DNA of 62,818 nt, the filler included, from Polymyxa betae A26-41 (taxonomy: Eukaryota > Protista > Endomyxa: Phytomyxea), in NCBI GenBank assembly GCA_003693705.1. It is 7 parts of 7 records of this genome, joined end to end, with 100 filler letters (N's around TTAATTAATTAA, not from the genome) between each part and the next. Parts side by side here need not be neighbours in the genome. Positions count along the whole stretch, not along the records: positions 1 to 5,731 come from RBZT01000718.1; positions 5,832 to 11,956 come from RBZT01000013.1; positions 12,057 to 15,904 come from RBZT01000046.1; 4 more parts are not named here. One strand, 5' to 3'. Within the stretch, counting starts at the first letter, position 1, and each line of letters opens with the position of its first letter. The translations under genes and the position numbers were made by a program. Below are positions 1-13,190 of the stretch, piece by piece. The notes under the pieces were generated by a model. The model saw only the letters and a list, made by a program, of their open reading frames with translations. It made no database searches and had not been told where the DNA came from.

Positions 1-159
1 CGACAGGATCGAAACTCCAATCCCAACATTGGCGCGAAAAAAAGGTGCATTTACGGGGCACAGTGGAGGTTCAGTCCTTCGCTTCCGAGTACGAAACAAG
101 ATTACAAGAAGGGTTTCGAAGTCCGTAACTCTGATTTTCCAGCACTCACCATTCGTAGG

Positions 160-230
160 CCGGTAGTGTCGGTAGTCGGGTCGGTACCACCCATCTACCG
201 GTATCCGACCGGGAGACAGCCGGAGCCCTA
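160..230. mobile_element. Probable terminus of a hAT-family DNA transposon
   Basis: Subterminal ccggt/tcggt repeats ending in CGGAGCCCTA, identical to the last 10 nt of the hAT element at 2521-2889. The other end is not visible. Confidence 0.5.
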
Positions 231-265
231 TCCTACTCCCTCTCGTCGACGTCAACGTCCTAGGC

Positions 266-1154
266 TTGACACGTCACCTGCACCCCACTTCTGCTCCCGA
301 CATAACAATGTTCTCCATGTATCTGCCCGCCCGAATCAGCCGTATCAGGTACGACGTCGCAGCAACCCAATCAATCCAACCTTTCATAATCAATCTGACA
401 GTTTCAACCAAGACGCCTCACATTTCCACTATAACTCATTGCTGCGGTATGGAAACGATTCTTATGGTCTCTTTACTGTACTATTACATTTCGAAGAACT
501 GACCGATGCGTTTATAGTCGAATCAAAACCGTGAAGCATCCTCGTTTAAGCCAATCAACAACCGCCATGCTGACAATGTCTTTGAGCAGAGTGTTAATAG
601 ACGTTTCAGCTCGACCCGTTGCCGGACTGTTATTCTGGAATTTTATCCTGAATGAGATGGGCCAAGACCGCACAACAAAACTCCTTACCGACACCTTCTT
701 TTTCAAATGGGACAAACTGTTTCGCCTGAATCAGATCCCGTAATTCCGACATGTTCGTCTGAAAGGCGGGTTCAACGCAATACGCAATTTCGAATTGGAT
801 ATGCTCCTCGAAATTGGAGAAACTGTGTCGTTATAGAACCTGCTGGGGGATAAAGAGCGCGTTGTGCGCGCTGTGCATGTTCGTTGCGCACCGTTGAATC
901 AATTAATTGCTGAAACCATTCATTTTGGGATATACGGACGCCCAGAGAAATTTTCCGAGAAGTTGTTCCAAATTCAGCGTGAACTACTCGTCCGCGACTT
1001 GATGGTCCGAAATCGGCAAAAAAAGATGCGGACACAACTCAGTCAACAGTCTGGAGCCAAAGACCTGATCGAGGCATCTGGACCGCAAATTGCGGAGAAA
1101 ATCGTTTTGAAATTATCGGATGTTTGCCATATGGTGATAACGGCAAGACAGTAA
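266..1154 (+). pseudogene. Possible frameshifted relic related to the secreted ankyrin-effector family
   Basis: Fragments in different frames (PARISRIRYDVA, YNSLLRYG, RPVAGLL) resemble PARLPDMIYEVA, YDRLLRGH and TPVAGLL in the 20817-22148 protein. Weak, by eye. Confidence 0.3.
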
Positions 1155-2520
1155 CGATATCAAAATTGACGTTTGACAGCGATTCAGAATGTTGAAAAAT
1201 AATTCATCATCAATACATCCATTAGGTAGCATTTTGTGATGTTTTGTGTCCACAACTGAAACTTTGATTGAACTACATTCAGACAATTTGCTGTTTTCCA
1301 TTAAAACGTGCTCGCCGTTTTGTTATCATTCATAAACAGGTATTCCTACCCCATTCAGGGAAAATGCGCACCGAAAGACGCCAGCATCACCAGCGATTCT
1401 AAAGAATTTAAAATACACTTCGTTCCTAGTCACACTGAGCAGATATCAGCATTAAAGAGATTGAATAACTCGCCGAACAGGGAGCCATAGACGGAGAATA
1501 GATTGAACATGATCCATTTGGAATTCTTACAGACTAGTATTTGAGCAACTGGAGAAGCAGAATCAAAAGAGATATTTGGAAAAAAGGGTGAGCCTAAGCC
1601 GATTTCCAAACTTTCCGAAACGATAGCCCCTGAAGAAGGTTGTTCCTGCACAGTGAGTTGTGATTGTGACCCAGACAGCATGATCTACTGAACAGGCCAT
1701 ACTCGAGTGCGAACATTTACACTGCCGAAACCCCAAGAGCTGACCCGAAAAATAAACGTTCACAGCTGCTGATCTTTACCTCAGTTTTTTCAAGAGTATC
1801 GTGAGAATTGGGACCAATACTGTACTTTAAACACAATTAAAATAGCACTCGACGGGAATGTGATGAAATTGTGAAAGCTGATGGAGATGTGTGCGGAAAA
1901 ACTGAGCTCTGAAAAGGAATGTCTCATATCTTGACGAACGATTGAGCAATTTTCGAATCGTATTCTGATGAATTTAAATAATTCATTGACAAACAACAAA
2001 ATTGTTGATAGGTGATAGCTCGTAAGCTTTTTGACTGCTATGTAGAAAAATATAATGTCAATTTCTTCGCAATTATCACAGTAAGTCATTTGTTTCTGTT
2101 TTAGCTTGAACTTCAACAATGTATGGGTTTTCGATGCAGTTGATCTCAATACTCGACTGTCTCTGAATACGAAGCCTTAGAATAGGAATATTGTTCACAA
2201 GCACAGTCTGTTCATCAGCCAACGACACGTAGTAGTAATGAGGGGAATGGCTCGGCTGCCGTTAAAATCCGACCACATCACGACAGTAGTCGCAGGTGTT
2301 GTAATAGACCCGTTATGTTATCAGCGAAACACAATTACAACGTTTGGGGAATAAGGTTTGATCATCAGTTTGACTCCTTTAAGGTTGAAGAACTTTTCAG
2401 AGCTGAGTAGAAAGACATGAATATTTGGATTCTTATACGAACAAGACCAGATGTGTGACATGGCGATCCATAACTTTCTAGTTCGGTGCTTCCAGCAACA
2501 TTATTGACTTCGTTAAAAAC

Positions 2521-2889
2521 TAGGGCACCGATCGGGTTCGGGTACAACCCGAAAACCCAAGTTCGGGTCGGGTTCGGGTTGAAGGCTGAAATCCGACCCG
2601 AAAACCCGAAAATTATTGAAACGTTGTCAGAAGTCCTTATTGACTGTGGTTGTCCTCATTGTCGTTCCCAGGTTTCTCTCTATACCGGGGTCTTCCGTTT
2701 TTGCTGAGCGTATTTCCAACTCCGGACGGGATGTAATTGGATTTCGACGTCGTTCACTGGCCCCTGAGGGTTTGAATGCGTTGATGTTTAAGAAAACCAT
2801 AAATAATGAGATCTATTACAGAAAAGAGTGATAGAACTGATTCGGTTACCACCCGGAATCGACCCGAACCCGACCCGATCGGAGCCCTA
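2521..2889 (+). mobile_element. Non-autonomous, internally deleted hAT transposon (369 bp)
   Basis: TIRs TAGGGCACCGATCGGG / CCCGATCGGAGCCCTA. 8-bp TSD ttaaaaac (2513-2520) / ttaaaagc (2890-2897). Subterminal ACCCGA/TCGGGT repeats. Retains the hAT dimerisation-domain tail (SIPGSSVFAERISNSGRDVIGFRRRSL). Confidence 0.88.
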
Positions 2890-3276
2890 TTAAAAGCTGT
2901 AGGGGCTGCGAAACACTAGGGTTAGAGATGGTGTCTTTCACAGCGGCCTTGGGAAACTGAGCCAGCTTCCTCATAAACTGATTCAATCGCCGAAAGGACG
3001 CCAATTTGTCAGAAAGCAAGTCTGCAGGTCGAGCGATGTCAGAGTACAGAACAGACACGAGAACGACAATACACGATCGAAGTGGGAGGCTTTTAGAGGT
3101 TGCGGCGGCAACCACGCAATTTTTTTATTGCGTGTCAGCTCTCGCTCGAATTCCCTACATAGTGCTTCGATCGAGATATCATAAAGCTATTCGTCTCCAA
3201 GCCGCATCATTGCAAGCAGCCTTTCAGCCGCTCCGTTGCCTGCACCGAAGAATGTAGGGCGACGTTGCCATACAGG

Positions 3277-3463
3277 TGTTGAGCTGCATAATCTCACGTG
3301 ACCTTCCGGTGAGACTGGCAGATCTGTACCTGCGAACCGATCGGGGGCGTATTGGCCCCCGAGCCCCCCTGTGACCACTTTGACCTTTATATCCTACTAA
3401 ACCATTTTTTCATTCTGCTACTAATCTCGTTAGCCTCGCATCGTTTTAGCTCCCAAGCGAACA
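3277..3463 (+). repeat. 5' LTR of Ty1/copia element (TGTT...AACA)
   Basis: Ends AACA directly before the PBS. Start at TGTTG inferred from the terminal inverted repeat. Internal TATA-like tttatat. Confidence 0.6.
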
Positions 3464-3477
3464 GGTTATGGGCCCAG
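3464..3477 (+). promoter_or_regulatory. Primer-binding site for the 5' half of initiator tRNA-Met
   Basis: GGTTATGGGCCCAG, the PBS of Drosophila copia-type (Hemivirus) elements. Confidence 0.9.
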
Positions 3478-3661
3478 CCACACGCAAGTCCGTGACGCTT
3501 CGTTAGTGACCGAAATAGGATACGTCTCAGGGACAGAACAGGGAGCGACTGACGCACTCCGAACTGCCTGTCCGAACTGCTGACAAAGGATTCGTGAAAA
3601 CTGTGAGAGCAATCTCCGACACGACTAATCCTCCTATTCCATCACTGCGAAACTGAGCACG

Positions 3662-5731
3662 ATGAGCAGCGAAATGAAATCGGCAAGCGCACTTACCTCT
3701 TCCCTTCTGACTGAAGCCAACTGGCAGCTATGGAGACGGGAGGCCATCATCGGTCTCGAAAGACTTGATGCCTACATGATAGCGACCGGCGACGAGCCGC
3801 GTCCGCGCACTCTCACGGCATCACCAAACCTCTCTCAAACAACTCCAGCAGTAAGTAACGTTACCATTAGCCCGGCAATTGACCGATCCCGGCTATCAAC
3901 ATTACTTCAAAACGCGGAACAAGCCCGCCGTGAGTTAGAGGCGGCCCCTAACGATGCTGACATGCAGAATCGAAACCAAGACATCGAATCTGAGCTCCTG
4001 CAGTTCATGGTTACTACCACACAGGCCAACACGCAGAGCCACACCAATCCAGCTCGGAATCAGAACACCGTAGCTGCGCAACAAACCGACTGGAGCCGCC
4101 GTCACTCCAAGGCATACCATCTTCTTCTTGGTTCCATATCGGAGTATTTCAAGACTATGACGGTGGATTGTGAGGACTTGTCATCAACCTGGAAACGATT
4201 GATGAAACATTTCGAGGGGAAGGCCGCAGCAGACATCCTCGCTGCCGAAGCCGATCTGGAGCGTTTGACTCTTAATGACTCAAGCGAAATCTCGGAGTTT
4301 TTGAACCAGGTCAAGTTAGTCCGCAATTCTCTATCCAGCTGTGGAGCTCCTATCACGGACTCCAAATTATTTCTAACAATTATCAAGAAACTCCCGCCGA
4401 GTATGAAAGGCGTTCGAGACGCCATTATGTACGGGTCCCCCGATCTCAAGAATTACGAACACTTGGAAAGATCATTATTGGAGTTCGCCAAGGACAACCC
4501 TGTACTCAGAAAGGCCCACAGTGCGAATACCGCATCAAATCATGATATTCGCTGCACATTCTGCAAACGACAAGGCCATCTTAAGAACGAGTTTCATCAA
4601 CGTAACCACCGCTGCCAAAAATGTTGTAAAACCGGACATTTTGAAAAGCGCTGCCGATCAAGTCGACACAACTTCCGGAGAGATGCAAACTTAACAAGTC
4701 ACGCCTTTAACGTTGTGCCGGGACACTTCCGCGACAACAACAATTGGATCATCGATACCGGGGCGTCTTCATCTATATGCCCCGACATCAAGCCAACCCA
4801 AAAGACGTTCTGAGAGTATATTTCACTTGTCAACGGAGATAACGTGAAAGTGAACGGGCGCGGATCCGCCAACATCGGATTCAATTTGAGCGATGTTCTT
4901 CATGTTCCTTCTGCGAAACGCAGCCTATTATCAATCGGTCAAGCATGCATGAATGGCGACATCGACCGTGCTGTTTTCAATTCAAAACAATGCCAACTTG
5001 AGAAGGATGGACGAGTCGTCGCTACTGGCCAACTCCAGGACAGCCTTTATGTGCTCAGTAACCCCCACCAACATCAAGCTTACTCCAGCGCTGCGAGTAT
5101 TGATGTCTGGCATTCGAGACTGGAACATACACCTATGCGGTCCATATCAGAGGCGATCAACAAGAAATACGTTCACTGGAATCTCCGTGGCCGGCGACGC
5201 TGCACAATTACAGCGAGTATGCAAGGCGTGCGTCACTGGAAAGTCCGCGTGGCTCCCCTTCCCATCTCGAGAGAACTTAAGAAAGGCTATGCAGCCAGGG
5301 AGAGTTCTCCATATCGATATCTGTGGACCCATGCAGACTTCCAGTATTGAAGGCGCTCGATATGCAATGCCTATCGTTGACGAATACTCGCGATTCGTCA
5401 CAGTATATTTTATGCCAAAGAGAGATATAGCACCCGATCTTATTATGGAGTGTATCACCTTCTATGAAAATCAAATCGGAGCGACTGTTGGCACCATCCA
5501 ATCTGACAATGCCGCAGAATTTACCTCTCGATATTTTCGCTCTATGCTGGTTGCCAAAGGAATCCGTCTGCAGACGTCCATTCCGTATACACCGCAACAA
5601 AACGGAGTTGCGGAACGCATGAACCGTACCCTAGTTGAAAGGGCCCGATCAATGATGCTTCACGCCGGACTCCGTACGCTTAATTTTTGCCGGCCTCTCA
5701 TCGGCGTCTTCCCATTCGACATGGCTGGTGA
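3662..5731 (+). mobile_element. Ty1/copia gag-pol, disrupted and cut by the contig end
   Basis: Gag UBN2-like region, CCHC knuckle CQKCCKTGHFEKRC, protease WIIDTGAS, in-frame TGA at 4811-4813, GAG-pre-integrase WHSRLEH, frameshift near 5170, integrase D-D-E (HIDICGP, SDNAAEF, NGVAERMNRT). Confidence 0.95.
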
Positions 5732-5831
5732 NNNNNNNNNNNNNNNNNNNNNNNNNNNNNNNNNNNNNNNNNNNNTTAATTAATTAANNNNNNNNNNNNN
5801 NNNNNNNNNNNNNNNNNNNNNNNNNNNNNNN
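5732..5831. other. Artificial contig linker
   Basis: N44-TTAATTAATTAA-N44 (stops in all six frames). Confidence 0.99.
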
Positions 5832-7340
5832 ATCTACGGGCGACCCAATTCGAGGAGCAGGACGCGTGTGGCAATCTGTCGTTCAAGCCTGAGACGATTG
5901 CACGAAGAAATAGTGAAGATGAATCTGTATTAATTATATGCGCATTCAAGCCCTTAGTTAATCCAGAAATTCATCGGAGTTGATTGATAGCCAGAGTATG
6001 CTTAAATTAGAGCCATACAATATCCAATATTGTTACAAAAGCGAGGACATCATCCCGCTAATTGCCGAACCCTCAAGAAAAAAGAAGATGATTCTGACTC
6101 AAATGATGAGTTGGCGTTAATGGCTGACGAGAACAATATCGCTATTTCGGTTCAGAAGGAGAAAATATCGAATGAAAACATTTGCTTCATCGATTCCGGT
6201 GCGTCGAGGCATATGACTCCGAAGAAGGAGCTTCTACATAATTAATTAAGTACCGAGAATTCAAAGAGCCTTACGCAATTACTACGGCAAATGGCTCCGC
6301 TATATTTGCTATCGGACGCGGAGATATGAAACTGCATGATGAAACTGCATGATGACAAGCCGTTGACTTTGAATGATGCTTTTCACGTTCCAGATCTCAA
6401 GACAAACCTCTTTTCAGTAAGTGCCACAACTGCTAAAGGTGTTAAAGTGAGCTTCGATGAGAATATATGCATGATTGCTGTGGGCGGAAAAGAATACCAG
6501 CTAGGTATTCGACATGGGAAGTCATACGCGTTGAAGTTAAAGCAAACGAATTCTGCAAAACCATTTATTATTGATCGTGCTCTGTTACATAAACGACTTG
6601 GACATTTAAATTACGCTTCTATGGATGAAATGGTCAAGAATGGGGCGATACACGGAATTCAACTTTGCGGACAAAAACCTCAAGTCTGTGATGAATGTGT
6701 ATCTGCAAAGTTAAGCCAGTCAACTTTTCCGACTCGCAGTAATAGCAGAGAAGCAAGAGGCGTGAACGATTTAGTTCATTCTGACGTCGTGGGACCTATG
6801 TCCTCAGAGTCTTTTGGCGGCAAGCGTTATGTGGTGTTTTTTGTTGACGATTATTCCAGATGCGTTACAGCGTATTTTATTGCGCGAAAAAGTTTTCTGC
6901 ATTCAAGGCCAATCAAAAGATTTCGTTCCGATAATGGCGGAGAATATACATCTCAGGCATTCATTGATTTTATGTCTCATCACGGTATCAAGAAAGAACT
7001 GTCAATCGTGTGGAGGCCGCAGCAAAACGGCATTGCAGAGCGGATGAACCGTACCGTCATGGATATGGCGCGGACTTTATTACTGGCGTCAAAATTACCA
7101 AAGATTTTTGGGCTGAATCTGTCCAAACAGCGGTTTATATCAGGAATCGCTGTATTTCAAGTGCACTACCAATGGGAGTCACCCCCTATGAATTGCGGAA
7201 TCGCCGAAAACCAAGCTTAAGACATTTTCGTGTTTTCGGAAAAAGAGTTTGGTATAAGATTGACGATGCGGGAAAATTCTATCGACGCGCAAGAGTTGGA
7301 ATCTTTGTCGAATATTCTCCAAATAAGAAAGGCTACAGAA
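5832..7340 (+). mobile_element. Degenerate Ty1/copia element (gag remnant, protease, integrase)
   Basis: GHHPANC knuckle remnant, FIDSGASRHMT, LLHKRLGH...CDEC, HSDVVGP, RSDNGGEY, NGIAERMNRT, SH3-like LRHFRVFG...KGYR. Contains stops and frameshifts, and breaks off at the gypsy LTR. Confidence 0.93.
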
Positions 7341-7526
7341 TGTAGCAAGTCTACTAAATTGATGTTACAGTTGTAATGATGAATGCAGAATGATTATATT
7401 AGATGGATTACAAGCCCTTATATATCACTAAGATCGGACGTTAGCTCGGAACTCGGAGAGTTTCCGATTAACGGAGTTTAGTCAGGTCCGATCGGAGGTT
7501 AGTCAAATATTGCGTATATATTGACA
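7341..7526 (-). repeat. 3' LTR of chromoviral Ty3/gypsy element
   Basis: Follows the minus-strand PPT GGGAGGGGAG (7529-7538) and has TG...CA ends. The left boundary could alternatively be 7363. Confidence 0.6.
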
Positions 7527-7632
7527 CACTCCCCTCCCTAAAATAACTACGGATATTGTATGAGTATCCGGGAAATCCTAAGTTGCGGCATTAAAAAACC
7601 ATCGGGCGAGAGAATGGAAAAAGCCCTGCAAC

Positions 7633-10600
7633 TCACTTCAGAGTCCACTTCTTAAGCTCTTCAAGAACCATATTTGCTAATGCATGATTTGATAACTTCA
7701 AATCTTTATGATAACGTTGTACCAAACTAGGAACATCCGTCCAAAGACTCTCTAACGGTTCCCAGCTACTGTCTGTCTGAGTGAAACCTTTCCAATCAAC
7801 CAAAAATTCAATCCGCTGAGTATCAGAATTGAAACGGCAATCTCGAAATCGTTCAACCTCATAACTTGCATTATCATAAGTAAACTGGTCCTTTATCTCT
7901 TCAGTTATATTTAACTGCTTATCAGCATAATATCTAATTCGGTCCCCATGTACAATCCGTTTTGTACCATTCACAATATTTTCGACTTCGAAAATGTAAT
8001 TATTTAAGGTATCTGTTACATGAAATGGACCCTTCCACTGTAAATGTAACTTCTTACCAGCTCTTTTCACTGGATCAGGATCTCCAACCAAGACATAATC
8101 CCCAATAGTAAAATTAGGTTCTTTTCTAAAGATTCGAGATTGGATACGTTTTTTCCGACGTACATCCTCTGAGATAAGTACTATTCCCCTATGCATCTTT
8201 GCTAGTGAATCTTGTAACTTTTCTACTTCCTGTGTTAGCTTCTCTAACGGGACTCTAAAATAATTCAGTGAGCCATCCTTAACCTTTCCAAATAATTGGT
8301 CTAAAGGATTATCCGGACGTTAACCAGTAAAAACTGTCACTGGAGCCTTCCCACCCAGTCTAGACTGCGTGCGATGATTCAAGGTATGCTTGAGCCAAGG
8401 CCAATCATTCTTATTCCAATGTAGCTCAGAAATGAGAGCTCGGATTAGGGCTAGGTAATGCTTATTGATTACCTCAATGGAACCATTACTATAATGACCA
8501 TAAGCCACTGTAAAATGATGCTTCATGTTACACCTCTGGGTAAAATCTTTCATGACCTGAGACATAAAATATGATGCCATATCAGTCACTATGATTTCAG
8601 GAGTTCTAGATGAAGCTCTCCATTTCATCAAAGCATCTACTGTGACTATACTATCAGGTATTGCAGCTGGCGTAATTCTAACATAACCTGAGAGATCGTC
8701 TCGTAAAATCAGATTCCACTGGTAATTATGCGAGCCTTTCTTTTCAGCCGGCATCACATAAATCCAATCCATGTGAACTACATGACTTGGATACTGCCCA
8801 TGAACCGCTTCTCCTAATGGCCTCGGTATTCTCATACCACCCCTGGTAGGCAAACAGTGTAAGCAACTATTGTACAACTTTCTCATGTCAGTATGCATAT
8901 TCGGAAAATATTCAGCCAATTTAGCGGATGCAACTTGGTAGCCAATATGTCCACTATTTCCTCCTGCATGAGCTATGATACACAAACGTATTCTAAGATC
9001 CTCGTCTTCCAACGGAATCTTTATTTTGCCCGTTTTGCTCACTTTTATATTGTCGTCATTAACATACGTAGCTGATTTCAAATACTTATTTTGAGATTTT
9101 CGAATCTCATCCACTGAAGGCCACACAAATTCCTTCTTTTGTAGTGGTCTTACTCTATATTCAACTGGAATATTTTTCAAAGTTGCGGACGAAGCAACTC
9201 TAAGAGTTTGAACCTTAATAACACTAGTTGCTGTTGATGCTCCCCACCGAGTCATTAAATCCGACCACACATTATCTTCACCCTTAATATAGCTTATCTG
9301 ATAGTTAAACTTCTGAATTTCTAAAGCCCAACGCTGTAACTTCTGAGCCACTGGCTTAGATACATTAGACGGGGAAAAGATCTGTGTTAGATTTTTATGA
9401 TCAACATATAGCTTAAATGGTCTGTCGTTCATTAGCAAATAATCAAGCTTATTCAAAGCATCAACTACTGCAAATCCTTCCTTCTCAACAATTGACCAAT
9501 TCAATTGAGCGCCTGAGAATTTATGTCCACAAAATCCCAATGGCTCGTGTCTTTGTTGCGCTACAGGTTTATCTAAATCCGATAACGGTATCTGCGTAAC
9601 TACTGCAGAACTATTGCTTTCATTAGCATCAGTGTACACGCACTGAATCATATCTTTTTTAGGATATGACAATTTCACATGATGAGCAATTGCTGCCTTA
9701 AGTTCCTCAAAAGCCAACGCATGCAAAGGACTCCAGCCATATTTTGAAAGCCTAACTTGTCTAGCAATCGTCTTAGTTCTACCTGGCTGTCCCTTCATAG
9801 CTTCTTCAAAAATTTGCTGTAAAGCATATACCTTAGTATTAAACTCTGGGATACTCCTAGTCATCCATTGAGCTGCCATAAGAAACTGCTGTAAGTCTCG
9901 TGCTGTTTTCGGCGGAGGTATCTCTATCAAAGCTTTAATTCGCACTGGGTCATGAGACACTCCGCTAATAGAAAATATTCTACCACAGTACTTGGCTTCA
10001 GTGGAAAAGAACTCACACTTTTCAATATTGAATTTAATATTAAACTGTGAAGCCAACTGTAAAACACTTTCTAAAATGACAAACCACTGCTCTAACGTCG
10101 CAGCATGTCCAAGCAAATCATCAATCCAGATAATTAGCTTGTCAAATATCAAATCCTTGAATACTTCATGCATCCTGGATTGAAATTGAATAGCTGAATT
10201 CAAACCTCCTTGAATAGATCTTCTCGGAGTGAAAACTGCTCTATCTGTCATAAAAGAGAACATCTCTTGACATTCTTTTGCTAACGGCATAAGCCAAAAA
10301 CCCTTAAAAGCATCTAACTTAAACCAATATTTAGATCTTCCAAATGAGTAACAATGGACTCAAGAAAGGGCATTGGCCATACAGTGCTCTCAGACATGTT
10401 GTTACAGCACGTAAATCAACACACATCCTGTGACCACCTCCTTCTTTTTTAACCACCAACACAGGTGAAGCCCACTCAGAATTGAGATTCTCATAAATCA
10501 AACCATTGGCAACTAAGTCATCCGTAAATTTTTTAAGAAATTGACTTTGCTCCTGACTATACTTCCTAGATTTGCATTTATATGGTTTAGCATTCGACTT

Positions 10601-11956
10601 AAGACTTGTTTTAAATGGAGTAACTTTGGCTGGAAAATCTGCTCCCATTTTAACCCTAAATACATCAGTGTACTTATAGAGTAATGTTTTTAACTTAGAA
10701 ATCCAGTATTTATCTAAACCAGAATGACTTGCTCTTTCCATAGCTTTATCAATACTGCGCATGCTTTGGATGACCTCAATCTCTGAATTACTAAGTACAG
10801 GCTCCATACTATTCTTCAATCCTGCCTGTTTCTGCCTTACACATGCCAAATCATTTATAGCATTATAAGGATCAATCCCTAACGACTGTAAGATGTCACT
10901 ACCTAAGATGATTTCATCTCCTGGCACATCCCAGACTAAAAATCGTCGATCCGTAACTAACACTCGTCCAGCCTGAGTAAGGATCTTGATATCTAAAGTC
11001 ACAGTCTCAGAAACCTCTACAGTGCTTTTATTGTCTCCCAATTTAATCAAATCGGCTGATCCAGCTCTTCAAGTTTCAAGTCATCAAGTTCGGACTTGAT
11101 CACTTCCTCAAGTACACGCTTAGGAATAAGAGAAACCTGATTAGCACCGCTATCCAAGATTGCTGGAACTGTCATCCCTGATCCTATTTGATCTAGAATA
11201 GTTCGATCAGTATTTAAGTTCAAAGCACAGACCAAAGTATAATCCGAAACTTTCTTGGATTTTTTATTCAACTGCGGACAAAGACGCCGAGGATGTCCAA
11301 CCTCATGGCACTGGAAGCAGGACACATTCTTGCCCTTTTCCGCATCAATCGACTCCTATCGCGGGCGCTTCTTCGATGATGGGTTCAAGTCCTTTTTGCT
11401 TACCTGGGACTTCGCGCGCTGGTCACTCGACCCCTTCGGTTTTCGCTGGTCAGTCTTGACTGACAATGAAATCCGATTCTGGCACGTCAAACACGATCAA
11501 CCATAATCGCACAAGATTTAAGCTTATTTTGGAATCGCCACAGATTCTTACCCACCATACCATCATGCTCGATCTCAGCACGCCGCATCTCCTGTATCCG
11601 GATCAACTTGATTCGACCCTCCTCCGATTCGCGCATGCTCGACAGCTGATACCGTTGCAGGTTATTTTCAAACGACTGCATAAACTTCTCAACTCCCGAC
11701 AGCGGCATTCCTGGAGTAAACTCCATCTTCAAACTGGCCATGGCAGCTTGAACATGATTAACACTGTCGGTCGATTCCTGAGCAAGTTGACGTCCAACAT
11801 AGTCACTCAAGATTTTGTCCGTCAGCAAAGAAACCTCCATGTGTTCATCCAATTCCCAATTCGCGATGTAGCATAATTTGTCTGGATGAAACAGTGCGCG
11901 AAGAGGAATTGCATTCCCTGAAGCGATCATCCGAAGATAGTAATCGTTCGCTTGGA
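7633..11956 (-). mobile_element. Chromoviral Ty3/gypsy gag-pol with chromodomain, disrupted
   Basis: Knuckle CFQCHEVGHPRRLC, protease ILDSGA, RT (WASPVLVVKK, RMCVDLR, IWIDDLL), RNase H (YTDANE, WSIVEKEGFA), integrase (H-H-C-C, HMDW, SNGSIE), GPF motif, chromodomain (FLVDWKGF...SWEPL). Several stops and frameshifts. Confidence 0.95.
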
Positions 11957-12056
11957 NNNNNNNNNNNNNNNNNNNNNNNNNNNNNNNNNNNNNNNNNNNN
12001 TTAATTAATTAANNNNNNNNNNNNNNNNNNNNNNNNNNNNNNNNNNNNNNNNNNNN
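11957..12056. other. Artificial contig linker
   Basis: N44-TTAATTAATTAA-N44. Confidence 0.99.
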
Positions 12057-12608
12057 TTTACTCTATGGAACTCAGGCTCAAAATACGATGGACGTTTCTC
12101 ATGGGATCCACTTCGGAGACAATCACAATAAACGAATTATCCGTTTTAGGCGCTGTTCTGAACTCTATAATGCGAACTCTTCACAGCCATCGATATTCAG
12201 CTCCATTACATGAGACGGCGACTCTTTTCTCTATTGTCTTTCCTTACTCTTTTCCGAGCCATCAACGCTTGAAATGCTCCTGGTAATATTTGCGACGTGC
12301 TCATTGTCGCTATTCTTGAACACCCAAAAGCTGCTAGCTGCACATTTATCCAGCATGGGGAAAGAGGATGGATTTATCGCAGAATATCTGTGCTCATTTA
12401 TCGTGCTGGAAAATGCTGCACAGAGATGAAAGCTCACGTTATTATTGAATTTAGTATCGTTTTGCGTTTAGCAAATCTCTTCTTTTTTGACCAAAAAGTG
12501 GTCTCGATAACCACTTTGTTAAAAACGTGCGCAGTTTCTCATTTTTTTTCTTGTGACCAAAGTTGCGACTTTGGATTGCAGAGAATAAACAGATAGAGCG
12601 CCTCGATC

Positions 12609-13190
12609 ATGATGCGATTTGGGATTCGACGTCTTCTACAGGGGACGCTACGGTGCAGGCCCTCATCAACCCAATCCGCGGTCACAGTTGTTGACAAGGC
12701 CGATGGCAGTGTCAACGTCGATGGCATCGAGTTGGATGACGAGACCGTCAGTCACTTCATCGATACGATCGGATCGGCTACAGACCGAGACATGGAAGTA
12801 TTCAGAGAGCTCGTTCAGCAACATCTACAACCCGATCCGATGAAGAAGAAAAAACCATTCAATTCACAAACAGTCGAAAAGGTAATTTTCTTTGTGCTGT
12901 GCTCAATTGTTTTCTGATTTTTTATCGGATTTTAGTTTAAATCGAGCCTGGAGAGTTACGTTGCGAATGTTGTTGAAGAAACAACCGAATCGATGGTCGA
13001 AGAACTGCTTACATTGCATGATCAACATCGGAAGGAATATGCACGCTCTGCTAATCCGGATTTCGCCACGTTCCCTGCCAAAGATATTCTGGAAGATTCC
13101 ATTGATGATCCCGAGATGGCTGCCGAAGTTGAACGCCGATTTCAACAAAGATTATCAGCAAGATCATCGAAGACAATTAACTCGATTTGA
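12609..13190 (+). CDS. Two-exon hypothetical protein with a likely mitochondrial presequence
   Basis: Exons 12609-12881 and 12936-13190 join in frame across a 54-nt GTAATT...TTTAG intron. Arg-rich, acid-free N-terminus MMRFGIRRLLQGTLRCRPSST. Confidence 0.75.

Noticed and set aside
2521-2610. Short repeats resembling a CRISPR or iteron array
   Set aside because: They are subterminal transposase-binding repeats of the hAT element, with no regular repeat-spacer period.
12231-12437. FPMLDKCA...NSDNE, weakly like a hAT dimerisation motif
   Set aside because: Too degenerate and no TIRs found.
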